Notes under the pieces: generated by a model
Database searches by the model: none
Told to the model about the DNA's origin: nothing
What the model saw: the letters and a program-made list of their open reading frames with translations, nothing else
Part shown: positions 1 to 8,348 of the stretch, piece by piece
How positions within the stretch are numbered: position 1 is the first letter of the stretch
Layout: every line of letters starts with the position of its first letter
Translations under genes and position numbers: made by a program
Assembly: GCA_964507815.1 (NCBI GenBank)
Contig: CAZDRT010000001.1
Coordinates: 1 to 41,602, forward strand
DNA: 41,602 bases
Reading direction: 5' to 3'
DNA from: an uncultured Puniceicoccaceae bacterium
GTDB taxonomy: Bacteria > Verrucomicrobiota > Verrucomicrobiia > Opitutales > Puniceicoccaceae

Positions 1-220
1 TTCCATTCTCATCCCCGCAATGCGGCGGCTGAGGACCCGTCTTCGCAAAACTTCGTATTGTTCTGTGACCGCCCCCCAGTCAAATCCCGCTGACAGCAAC
101 CGACTGGAGATCTTGCTACGCCGTGGCACGGCAGCCGCCCTCCCTCAACCGATGGAATATCGGCCCATTTCAAAATCGCGATGTTTTGCGATTTTTCTCC
201 CCGCAGCACTTGTGACACCC
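1..220 (-). mobile_element. Partial copy of the MITE-like composite repeat (cut by the window edge)
   Basis: Its reverse complement matches 33817-34035 and ~40975-41170 closely. It ends in the terminal motif CTCCCCGCAGCACTTGTGACACCC (197-220) and contains the split REP (23-35 and 132-144). Confidence 0.85.
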
Positions 221-255
221 CATGCCCCGCGGGCACTCTTTTTCTCTTTGCTTCC

Positions 256-280
256 TTCAAATAAATATGAAATAAATGAA
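256..280. promoter_or_regulatory. AT-rich TTCA-N8-TGAA palindrome plus an extra TGAA; possible autoregulatory operator
   Basis: TTCAAATAAATATGAAATAAATGAA lies directly before the regulator ATG in GC-rich surroundings. The operator role is inferred. Confidence 0.35.
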
Positions 281-283
281 ACC

Positions 284-823
284 ATGAAGGATGGAGCCGC
301 CGATGCCAACCAGACCGCCCTCGCACCTCTCCGCGAGGAGATGGTGGATTTTATGGTGCGCCTCTTCCGGCTGATGGGGTTGCCGAAGACGATCGGTTCG
401 ATCTATGGGTACATTTATGCAAGCGTCGATCCGGTGTCGATGGACGACCTGACGCGTGCGCTCGGGATCAGTCTGGGTTCCGCGAGCCAGGGTTTGCGGA
501 CGCTCAAGGTATTTCGAGCGATCCGCCCGGTGTACGCGCCCGGGGAGCGGAAGGAGCGGTTCGAGGCGGAGACGGATTTCCAGCGGTTCGTCGGTGTCTT
601 TCTCCGGGGCGAACTGGAGCAGTATGTGGAGAATACGTCGAAGCGAACGGAGAGAATGAAGCTCCATCTCGCGGAACTGCCGGTGGGGTCGGACAAGGAG
701 TTTTTCGTCGCCCGGGTTCGCCGCCTTTCGGGAATGAACGCCCGGGCGAAGGCGATGATCCCCCTGCTCGAAGAGGTTTTCTCATCCGACTGCGGGCAAG
801 AGGAGACGAGCGCCGATGGCTGA
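284..823 (+). CDS. GbsR/MarR-family winged-helix transcriptional regulator
   Basis: Motifs GLPKTIGSIYGYIY, SMDDLTRALGISLGSASQGLRTL and PGERKERFEAE. ATG 284 chosen because the upstream ORF extension is repeat DNA. Confidence 0.85.
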   Translation: MKDGAADANQTALAPLREEMVDFMVRLFRLMGLPKTIGSIYGYIYASVDPVSMDDLTRALGISLGSASQGLRTLKVFRAIRPVYAPGERKERFEAETDFQRFVGVFLRGELEQYVENTSKRTERMKLHLAELPVGSDKEFFVARVRRLSGMNARAKAMIPLLEEVFSSDCGQEETSADG

Positions 824-1604
824 AACCCGGCAGGCCCTCTATCTGTTCCGGCAGTTGTTCCGGCGGTTTCTCGCTCAGAGTCACAAGGGCAGCCTTCTCG
901 GCGTCACTTGGTTGGTCTTCGCGCCGTTGTTGCAGATGGCGGTGTACACGGTGGTTTTTGGAATGATTTTCAACGGTCGCTACGAGGGGGTGGAGGATCA
1001 AACGAAGTTTGATTACGCGCTGGGCATTTTCCTGAGCCTGACCCTTTTCCAGGTTCTCGCCCAGGTTCTGGGATCGTCGCCGGGAGCGGTTCTCGGACAG
1101 CCCAATCTGGTCAAAAAGGTGAAGATGCCGCTGGAGGTGATCGCCCCCGCCCACGTGGCGGTGGCGTTGTTTCACTTCCTGATCGGAATGGTGCTGGTTT
1201 TCGCCTTCATGGTGTTGCTCGGAAAACCCTTTACCTTCTCCTTTCTGCTCTTTCCCGTGCTGGTCGGCCCGGTCGTCCTGATGGCCTTCGGACTCGGGTG
1301 GCTGCTGGCGGCTCTGGGGGTGTTTTTGCGCGACATTCAGAATATGGTGGCCCCGCTTTCGATGATCATGCTCTATTCGAGCGGGGTGTTTTATTCGACC
1401 GCAATGGTGCCGGAGTCGATCTGGACTTTCCTGCGGTTCAATCCGCTCATTCACGTGGTCGAACAATCCCGGCACCTGCTGCTTTGGGGAACGCCGGTGG
1501 AGTGGGGGGGGATCTGGTATTCCTACGGGTTCGGCGCCGTTTTGCTGGTGCTCGGCTACTGGACCTTTGCCAAGCTCAAGGAGGCCTTCGCGGACGTGGT
1601 ATGA
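816..1604 (+). CDS. wzm: ABC-2 polysaccharide export permease
   Basis: KGSLLGVTW..PLL..VY..VFG, VFLRD and NPL motifs; about six hydrophobic segments; overlaps wzt (ATGA). Confidence 0.93.
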   Translation: MAETRQALYLFRQLFRRFLAQSHKGSLLGVTWLVFAPLLQMAVYTVVFGMIFNGRYEGVEDQTKFDYALGIFLSLTLFQVLAQVLGSSPGAVLGQPNLVKKVKMPLEVIAPAHVAVALFHFLIGMVLVFAFMVLLGKPFTFSFLLFPVLVGPVVLMAFGLGWLLAALGVFLRDIQNMVAPLSMIMLYSSGVFYSTAMVPESIWTFLRFNPLIHVVEQSRHLLLWGTPVEWGGIWYSYGFGAVLLVLGYWTFAKLKEAFADVV

Positions 1605-3022
1605 GTGCGGAGCAAGAGTTTTGCATCGAGGCGGTCGGGCTTTCGAAAGCCTATCGGATCTGGAAGGACCCGGCGGCGCGGTTGAAATACCCGCTTCTGC
1701 GGACGCTCGGTCGGGCCCTTCCACCGCGGCTGTGCCCGGATCGGTGGAGTCCGGCCAGCGAGGGGCGCGAACACGGATACTACCGGGACTTTTTCGCTCT
1801 GCGGGATCTTACGTTTTCGATCGGACGGGGAGAGATCGTCGGTATCATGGGGCGCAACGGGTCGGGCAAGAGCACCCTGCTTCAGATTCTGGCCGGGACT
1901 CTCCGTCCGTCGCGGGGCGAGTTCCGGGTGCGGGGTCAGGTGGCCGCTCTCCTGGAACTGGGCTCCGGCTTTAATCCCGATTTCACCGGACGGGAGAACG
2001 CCCTGCTCAACGCGGCCATTCTCGGGCTCTCCCGGGCGCAGGCGGAGGACAAGCTCGAGGAGATCCTGGCTTTCGCCGACATCGGGGATTTTGTCGATCA
2101 GCCGGCGAAGACTTACTCCAGCGGGATGATGGTGCGCCTGGCTTTCGCGGTGCAGACGGCCATTGTTCCGGACATCCTGATCGTCGATGAAGCCCTTTCG
2201 GTGGGCGACGAGGCCTTCCAGCGCAAGTGCTACGCCCGGATTGAAAAGCTCCGGGAGCGGGGCACGACGATTCTGCTGGTTTCCCATTCCTCGGCCCAGG
2301 TTGTCCAGCTCTGTGACCGGGCGATCCTCCTTCACCAGGGGGAACTTCTTCTCGACGACGAGCCGTCAACGGTCGCCAAGCAGTACCACCGGCTGATTTA
2401 CAGTCCGCCGGAGCGGCAGGAGGCGATCCTCGACCGGATTCGCGCGGGGGACCTGGCCGACGAGGAGGCGGAGGAAAAGGAAGGCGTGTCTCTCGACGAG
2501 GGCTTGCAGATGCTCGAAGGCGAGGAAGGGGATGAAAGCTTCTTCGATCCCTCGCTGGTTTCCCAGTCGCGGGTCGAATACCCCTCCGGGGGAATCCGCC
2601 TGTCGGACCCGATGATCTACAACGCCCGCGGCGAGAAAGTGAACGTGCTCTCGTCCGGGATCAAGTATCGGCTTTGCTATTCGGCGGTGGTGGAAGACCA
2701 TGCGTTTCAGGTGGTTTTCGGAACTTTGCTGCGAAACAAAGCGGGATTGGATCTATCCGGCTTCCGGACCCGGATCGACCACGCCGTTTGCGAGCATCTG
2801 GAACCGGGCCGGATCATCGACGTGGAATTCCGGTTCCGCTGCCTGTTGGCGGAGGGTTTCTATTTCCTGAACACGGGCGCGGAGGGGGCGAACGGTTCCG
2901 GAAGAGTGTTCTTGCACCGGATCGTCGATTCCATTTGCTTCCGGGTTTTGCCCGAGAAGAATCCGCAGGACGCCGGGATCACCCGTTTGTTCGATCAAGT
3001 GCAACTTCGTTTTCAAGGATGA
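1601..3022 (+). CDS. wzt: ABC polysaccharide export ATPase with C-terminal Wzt_C-like carbohydrate-binding domain
   Basis: Walker A GRNGSGKST, ELGSGFNPDFTGREN, YSSGM signature, ILIVDEALSVGD, and a ~150-aa beta-rich C-terminal extension. Confidence 0.94.
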   Translation: MSAEQEFCIEAVGLSKAYRIWKDPAARLKYPLLRTLGRALPPRLCPDRWSPASEGREHGYYRDFFALRDLTFSIGRGEIVGIMGRNGSGKSTLLQILAGTLRPSRGEFRVRGQVAALLELGSGFNPDFTGRENALLNAAILGLSRAQAEDKLEEILAFADIGDFVDQPAKTYSSGMMVRLAFAVQTAIVPDILIVDEALSVGDEAFQRKCYARIEKLRERGTTILLVSHSSAQVVQLCDRAILLHQGELLLDDEPSTVAKQYHRLIYSPPERQEAILDRIRAGDLADEEAEEKEGVSLDEGLQMLEGEEGDESFFDPSLVSQSRVEYPSGGIRLSDPMIYNARGEKVNVLSSGIKYRLCYSAVVEDHAFQVVFGTLLRNKAGLDLSGFRTRIDHAVCEHLEPGRIIDVEFRFRCLLAEGFYFLNTGAEGANGSGRVFLHRIVDSICFRVLPEKNPQDAGITRLFDQVQLRFQG

Positions 3023-3807
3023 CATTCGACGATTTCCAGTCTTTGGAGGGTTTTCTTCTGGTCCTCGGGAACGCCCGCAGCGGTTCGACCCTTCTGGGTG
3101 CTTTGCTGGACGCCCATCCGGAGGCGGTGATGGGCAACGAGACCCTGTCGTCTCAGGAATTCTGGAGAGAGCGCGACCGGCGGAGCATTCTCGAAGAGAT
3201 CGCCGCGAATTCGGACAGGCACCGGAACTCGGGAAAGGAGTGGGAGGGCTACCAATACGGAATCCGGGGTTCGGATCGGAAGAGTGTGGTTCGGTTGGCC
3301 GGAGACAAAATCTGGAATCCGGCGACTCTTCTCCTCCACGGGGATCACGCCCTCTGGCCTCGATTGGAAGAGACTCTGGGAGTGCCCGTGCGGGCGTTGC
3401 ACGTGCTGCGCGATCCTTTTGATGTCGTGGCGACGATGAGTTTGCGGAGCGGGGCATCCCTCGGCGATCGGATCCGCTGGTATTTCATGCACTGCGAAGC
3501 GGTCATGGCCCTTTCCGAGCGGCTGGATGAATCGACGCTCCGGACCGTGCGATTGGAGGAATTGATCGCCCGGCCGGGGGAGGAAATGACCGCGCTTTGC
3601 GGGTGGCTCGGTCTGGACGCGGGGGAAGACTATTTGAATGCCTGCCGGGAACGGGTTTTCGCCCGCCCGAGGCGGACCCGATCCGATGTTTCGTGGGAAG
3701 CGGAGGAGATTCGCATGATGGTGGAGAGGGCCGGGGACTACTCTTTCCTGCACCCTTATATTGACGATTGGGGTGACGATCCGCTTTCAAGCCCGGAATC
3801 GACATGA
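3019..3807 (+). CDS. Sulfotransferase-family protein
   Basis: 5'-PSB-like loop LGNARSGSTLLGALLDAHP, GDK, LRDPFDVVATM (3'-PB-like) and VRLEELIARP; ATGA coupling with wzt. Confidence 0.8.
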   Translation: MTFDDFQSLEGFLLVLGNARSGSTLLGALLDAHPEAVMGNETLSSQEFWRERDRRSILEEIAANSDRHRNSGKEWEGYQYGIRGSDRKSVVRLAGDKIWNPATLLLHGDHALWPRLEETLGVPVRALHVLRDPFDVVATMSLRSGASLGDRIRWYFMHCEAVMALSERLDESTLRTVRLEELIARPGEEMTALCGWLGLDAGEDYLNACRERVFARPRRTRSDVSWEAEEIRMMVERAGDYSFLHPYIDDWGDDPLSSPEST

Positions 3808-4493
3808 ACGACACCTCCCTCCAAGCGGGCGATCCGCACTACCAGGCCTATGTGGGCCCCCCCGGGCAATACGATATTATGGGGGCGACCCAGTTCCGGT
3901 TGCTGACGTCCCTGGGGCTGCGGGCTTCCCATCGACTGCTCGATTTCGGCTGCGGATCGCTGCGGGCGGGCCGGCTTCTGATTCCCTATCTCGACGAGGG
4001 GAGGTATTTCGGGATCGATCCGAATCAGTGGTTGATCGACGAGGGCATTCGTAAGGAGATCGGCGGGGATCTGGTGCGCATCAAAAAGCCACGGTTCGCG
4101 AACGGAGACGATTTCTCGACGGATCTCTTCGGTGTCTCCTTCGATTTTATCGTGGCGCAGTCGATTTTCTCCCACACGGGGAGGGATCTTCTGGAGAAAG
4201 CGTTGCGGAACTTTCGGTCTTCGTTGGCGGACGGGGGCCTGGTCGCGGCCACCTTTTACGAGGATCGGCGGGATTTCGAGGGAGAGGGTTGGATCTATCC
4301 GCACTGCGTGCGCTACCGCCCCTCAACCATCCGCCGGATGGTCCGGGACGCCGGCATGGTCGCGGGAAGGATTCCGTGGCACCACCCGCGCCAAGTCTGG
4401 TATCTGATGGCGAAAAGAAGCGCCTGTTTGCCCTCCCGCTCCGCGCGACGGCGCCTCTCCGGGATCGTGCTCGAGCGGCCAACGGATGGATGA
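3804..4493 (+). CDS. Class I SAM-dependent methyltransferase
   Basis: Motif I LLDFGCGSLRAG, YFGID and FDFIVAQSIFSH. Confidence 0.9.
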   Translation: MNDTSLQAGDPHYQAYVGPPGQYDIMGATQFRLLTSLGLRASHRLLDFGCGSLRAGRLLIPYLDEGRYFGIDPNQWLIDEGIRKEIGGDLVRIKKPRFANGDDFSTDLFGVSFDFIVAQSIFSHTGRDLLEKALRNFRSSLADGGLVAATFYEDRRDFEGEGWIYPHCVRYRPSTIRRMVRDAGMVAGRIPWHHPRQVWYLMAKRSACLPSRSARRRLSGIVLERPTDG

Positions 4494-7400
4494 ATGATTT
4501 TATGAAGACCGCATACGTAGTTCTCGGCATGCACCGCAGCGGCACCTCCCTTGTCGCGGGCTGTCTGCACGAGGCGGGCGTCGATTTCGGCCGCAACCTC
4601 ATTCCTTCGAATGAATTCAATCCGACGGGTTTCTGGGAGCTGTCCGCGCTCAACGTCACCCACGACCGTCTGTTGCGGTCGGCGGGGTTGGCGTGGGACG
4701 CGCCCGCTGTTCTCCCGGAGGGCTGGTTCGAGTCGGAGGAGGCCGAGAGAGGACGGGCTGATCTTGTGGAAATTCTCCGCTCCGAGTTCGATGGGGTCGG
4801 GAATTTCGGCCTGAAGGATCCGCGGATGTGCCGGTTTCTTCCCCTTTGGAAAAAGATTTTCGCCGACCTCGGAGTGCATCCGCGGTGGATTTTCGTCTTC
4901 CGCAATCCGGAGTCGGTTGCGGCTTCTCTGCACCGCCGGGGCGGAATGCCCCGCGAGCAGGCGCTCGCGCTCTGGGCTTCCCACAACTGGGATGTGCTGG
5001 CCGGCAGGGAGAACGGGGACGATTGGCTGACGTTGGCCGCCGAGGATTTTCTTTCCGATCCCGTTGAAGGCGCCCGGCAATGCCTCGGAGGCGATTGGTT
5101 GCCGGGGATCGAGCCTTCGCTCGCGGCCGAACGGGTGGGCGAATTTTATCGGCCGGATCTCCAGCACACCGCCAGGGACGCGGATCCGGGGAAAGGAGTG
5201 GCGGCCTCCCTTTACCGAGTTCTCCGGACCGATCCGGACGCGGCGCGAACCCTGGCCGAACAGGGTCGCCTGGTGCTCGCATCGATGGCCGCGGAATCCC
5301 GGCGGCTGGTCGCCGAACGGGAGCGGATGGCCGCCGCCGCCGCCGCCCTGGCGCGCGGGAAGCCCACGGTTGCCGCGCAATTCTATCCGATGGACGATCA
5401 GCTCTCCTTCTCCGAATGGGAAACAGCCTATGCGGCGATCGCGCCGTTTGGGTGGACGGAGGTGGATTTCGGGTGCGACGCGGAGGACTTCCGCGGGAAA
5501 GATTTTTTCCGCCTCGATCCGGTCAATGCTCCCGGGGAGGTGCGGTTGATCGATTTCCGGCTGGTCGCTCCATCCGGAGCGGAGGCTCCCGTCGATTTCA
5601 CCGACTGCATGTTGGACGGGGATGCGCGCGAGGTTTCCCGATTTTCCCGGAGCTTGGCTTTTCATTCCCTGGGTTCGGATCCCCAAGTGCTCGTTCCGTC
5701 GCCGATTACAGTGCCGGAGGGGCCCTTACGGCTGCGGGGGAGAATCCATTTCGTGCCCAGGCTTTCCGGTCTGGCGCGGCTGACGGACGAGTTGAAATCG
5801 GTCCGTGATTCGCTTGGGGAGAAACGTTCCGAAATCGCGCAACTCAAAGAAAAATTCGCGGAAGAATCGAAAGCACTCGGTGGTTCGATCACTGGGATGA
5901 CCGGTAAAATCGAGGAACTCGAAGGGAAACTGGCGGCGGGGGTGGCCCGTCACCGACGACTGCACCAGCGGAGCCATGCGGTTGACGAGGCGATTTCCGA
6001 ACGTTTGAAGCAGGAGTTCCTCCGCGAGTACTTTACCGGAAAGGATCGAAAAGCGACCGCCCGGCTGGAAACGTTGCGCCGGGCGACCGGCGGACCTTCC
6101 GATCCGGGCGATTTACTCCGTTGTTTGGAAGGAATCCTTCGGGAGAAGCTTTTTGATTTCGGAGAATATCTGGTCTCTTATCCGGACGTTCGGGGGGCGA
6201 CTGTCAACCCGTTCGCGCACTATCTGCTTCACGGATGGCGGGAGGGTCGGCGTCCTTCCCGCGGTTTCGATCCCGGTTACTACCTCGCCGCCTACGCGGA
6301 TGTGCGGGAGGCCGGGACCGAGCCTCTCCTCCACTATTGGATGCACGGCCGGGCGGAGGGCCGGGTTCCGGCTCCTCCTCCATTGGTCCGGGCGATCGCC
6401 GATCAAGAGAAAGGGGAGCCCGGGTCCGGGGGCGTTTCCCCGGGCGCGCGCCGGTGTGTGATCTTTTATTCGGGGGAACCCGGCACCCCGGGGCACACCT
6501 ACCGGATCGACCGCCTGTGCGAATTGCTGTCGCCGGATGAATTCGAGATCATTCGGTCCGGACCGGGGCTCGAGGAGGCGGCGAGGGAGGCTCTCGACCG
6601 GGCGGACTGGCTGTGGATCTGGCGGGCGCCGCTTGGCCCCATCCTTCATCCGCTGATCGAGGAGGCCCGACGGAAAGGGGTCCGGATCCATTTTGATCTC
6701 GACGATTTGATGATCCGCCCGGAGTTGGCCGATCCCGAGGTGATCGACGGCATTCGCTCCATGGAACTGCGGAAAGAGGAAACCTTCGATCTCTACGCCC
6801 GCACCCAGCAGGCGTTCCTTTTGAGCGATCAGGCCTCCGCCCCGACCAGCCCCCTCGTCGCGGAGATGAGCCGGTTCTACATTCCGACCCTGCTCCTGCC
6901 CAACGGCTTTTCCAGCCGTGAACTGGTCGCCGCCCGGGAGGCCCGTCGCGAGAGGCCGGACGATGGCAGAATACGCATCGGATACGCCTGTGGCTCCCGA
7001 ACCCATCAACGCGATTTCCGCCGGGTTCTGCCGGGGCTCCTGAAGGTTCTCCGCGAGTTTCCCGAGACCGTGTTCGTGACCTTCCCCGATGCTTTTCTCC
7101 TACACGAGTTTCCGGAGTTGGAGGCGATGGGCGACCGAATCGAGGGCAGATCCATGGTGCCGGTGCCCGAGTTGATCCAGGAGTACGCGCGGTTCGATAT
7201 CAATCTGGCACCGGTGGAAACGGGGAACCGTTTTTGCGAGGCGAAGAGTGAGCTGAAGTATTTTGAGGCGGCGCTGGTCGGAACTCCCACGATCGCTTCG
7301 CCCGTTCGTCCCTTCCGCGATGCCATCCGGCCCGGCGAGAACGGATTGCTGGCCGATTCCGAGGAGGAGTGGACCTCGGCTCTTCTCTCTCTGGTCGCCG

Positions 7401-8344
7401 ATGCGGACCTGCGCCGACGGCTCGCCGACCGGGCGTCCGAGGAGGTTCTTTGGAATTTCGGTCCACACCGCCGCGGTGTCCTCCTTCGACAGGCCTTGCT
7501 TACGGGCGCGCGCCATCCGGGAGCGGCCGCATTCGAGTGGGCGCACCATCTCGAAAGACGCACCGCCCTCCCGGGACAACCCCGCTCGGGGGACTACGAG
7601 ATTCTCTTCCGCGAGGAACGCCATTGCCGGAGCCGGGTGACCGTCGTAATGCCGGTTTATAACTACGCGCACTATTTGGAGGAAGCCCTCGGATCAGTGG
7701 AGCGGCAAAGCCTGGCGGATCTGGATCTGGTCCTGGTGGACGACGGATCGACCGACCAATCCGTCGAAGTCGCCCTGTCGTGGCTCCGGCGATCCGCGGC
7801 CCGTTTCGGGTCCGCTTCGCTTCTCCGGCACCGGACGAACGCGAAGCTCGGGGCCGCCCGGAATACGGGCGTTCGCTTTGCGGAGACTGAGTATTTCTTT
7901 CCGCTCGATCCCGACAATTGGCTGCTTTCGCCGTGCCTGGAAACTTGTCTCCACTTTCTCGATCGGAGTCCTGCCGCGTTTGCCTATCCCGATTTGGAGG
8001 TGGTTGGCGCGGATCGGCACGTCATCACCGGCGTGGACTGGCATCCCCTCCGCTTTGCGAGCGGCAACTATATCGATGCCATGGCCCTGATCCGCAAATC
8101 CATGTGGGTCGCTCTAGGCGGCTACACGGCGGACCCGGATTTGCTCGGATGGGAGGACTTTGAATTCTGGTGCAAGGCGGTCGAGGGCGGTTTCCACGGG
8201 CGGAGGGTCCCGCTCAAGCTCGCCGCCTACCGCATCCACGATCAGTCGATGCTCAAGGAGATCACCGACCAATCCGATTTTAAGCGGGGGATTCTCGAGA
8301 AGATGGAGCGGTTGCATCCGTGGCTGGATCTGAGCCGGGAATAG
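4490..8344 (+). CDS. Multidomain glycan-assembly protein: sulfotransferase-like P-loop domain, beta module, coiled coil, FDxxxYL-HY repeats, GT4-like and GT2 domains
   Basis: VLGMHRSGTS, N..GFWE, LKDPR and RNP.SVA.SL; heptad stretch LTDELKSVRDSLGEKRSEIAQLKEK; two FD..YL..Y.DV....P..HY..HG..EGR repeats; FDLDD, DINLAP and KSELKYFEAAL; VVMPVYN, VDDGSTD, LDPD and GWEDFEFW. The start at the ATGA overlap (4490) is inferred. Confidence 0.88.
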   Translation: MNDFMKTAYVVLGMHRSGTSLVAGCLHEAGVDFGRNLIPSNEFNPTGFWELSALNVTHDRLLRSAGLAWDAPAVLPEGWFESEEAERGRADLVEILRSEFDGVGNFGLKDPRMCRFLPLWKKIFADLGVHPRWIFVFRNPESVAASLHRRGGMPREQALALWASHNWDVLAGRENGDDWLTLAAEDFLSDPVEGARQCLGGDWLPGIEPSLAAERVGEFYRPDLQHTARDADPGKGVAASLYRVLRTDPDAARTLAEQGRLVLASMAAESRRLVAERERMAAAAAALARGKPTVAAQFYPMDDQLSFSEWETAYAAIAPFGWTEVDFGCDAEDFRGKDFFRLDPVNAPGEVRLIDFRLVAPSGAEAPVDFTDCMLDGDAREVSRFSRSLAFHSLGSDPQVLVPSPITVPEGPLRLRGRIHFVPRLSGLARLTDELKSVRDSLGEKRSEIAQLKEKFAEESKALGGSITGMTGKIEELEGKLAAGVARHRRLHQRSHAVDEAISERLKQEFLREYFTGKDRKATARLETLRRATGGPSDPGDLLRCLEGILREKLFDFGEYLVSYPDVRGATVNPFAHYLLHGWREGRRPSRGFDPGYYLAAYADVREAGTEPLLHYWMHGRAEGRVPAPPPLVRAIADQEKGEPGSGGVSPGARRCVIFYSGEPGTPGHTYRIDRLCELLSPDEFEIIRSGPGLEEAAREALDRADWLWIWRAPLGPILHPLIEEARRKGVRIHFDLDDLMIRPELADPEVIDGIRSMELRKEETFDLYARTQQAFLLSDQASAPTSPLVAEMSRFYIPTLLLPNGFSSRELVAAREARRERPDDGRIRIGYACGSRTHQRDFRRVLPGLLKVLREFPETVFVTFPDAFLLHEFPELEAMGDRIEGRSMVPVPELIQEYARFDINLAPVETGNRFCEAKSELKYFEAALVGTPTIASPVRPFRDAIRPGENGLLADSEEEWTSALLSLVADADLRRRLADRASEEVLWNFGPHRRGVLLRQALLTGARHPGAAAFEWAHHLERRTALPGQPRSGDYEILFREERHCRSRVTVVMPVYNYAHYLEEALGSVERQSLADLDLVLVDDGSTDQSVEVALSWLRRSAARFGSASLLRHRTNAKLGAARNTGVRFAETEYFFPLDPDNWLLSPCLETCLHFLDRSPAAFAYPDLEVVGADRHVITGVDWHPLRFASGNYIDAMALIRKSMWVALGGYTADPDLLGWEDFEFWCKAVEGGFHGRRVPLKLAAYRIHDQSMLKEITDQSDFKRGILEKMERLHPWLDLSRE

Positions 8345-8348
8345 GCCG

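Noticed and set aside
9-326. Family of short paralogous ORFs (9-326, 33864-34232, 40908-41183, 40990-41277, 41042-41506, 41139-41591)
   Set aside because: They are translations of the composite repeat on both strands, with frames that differ between copies.
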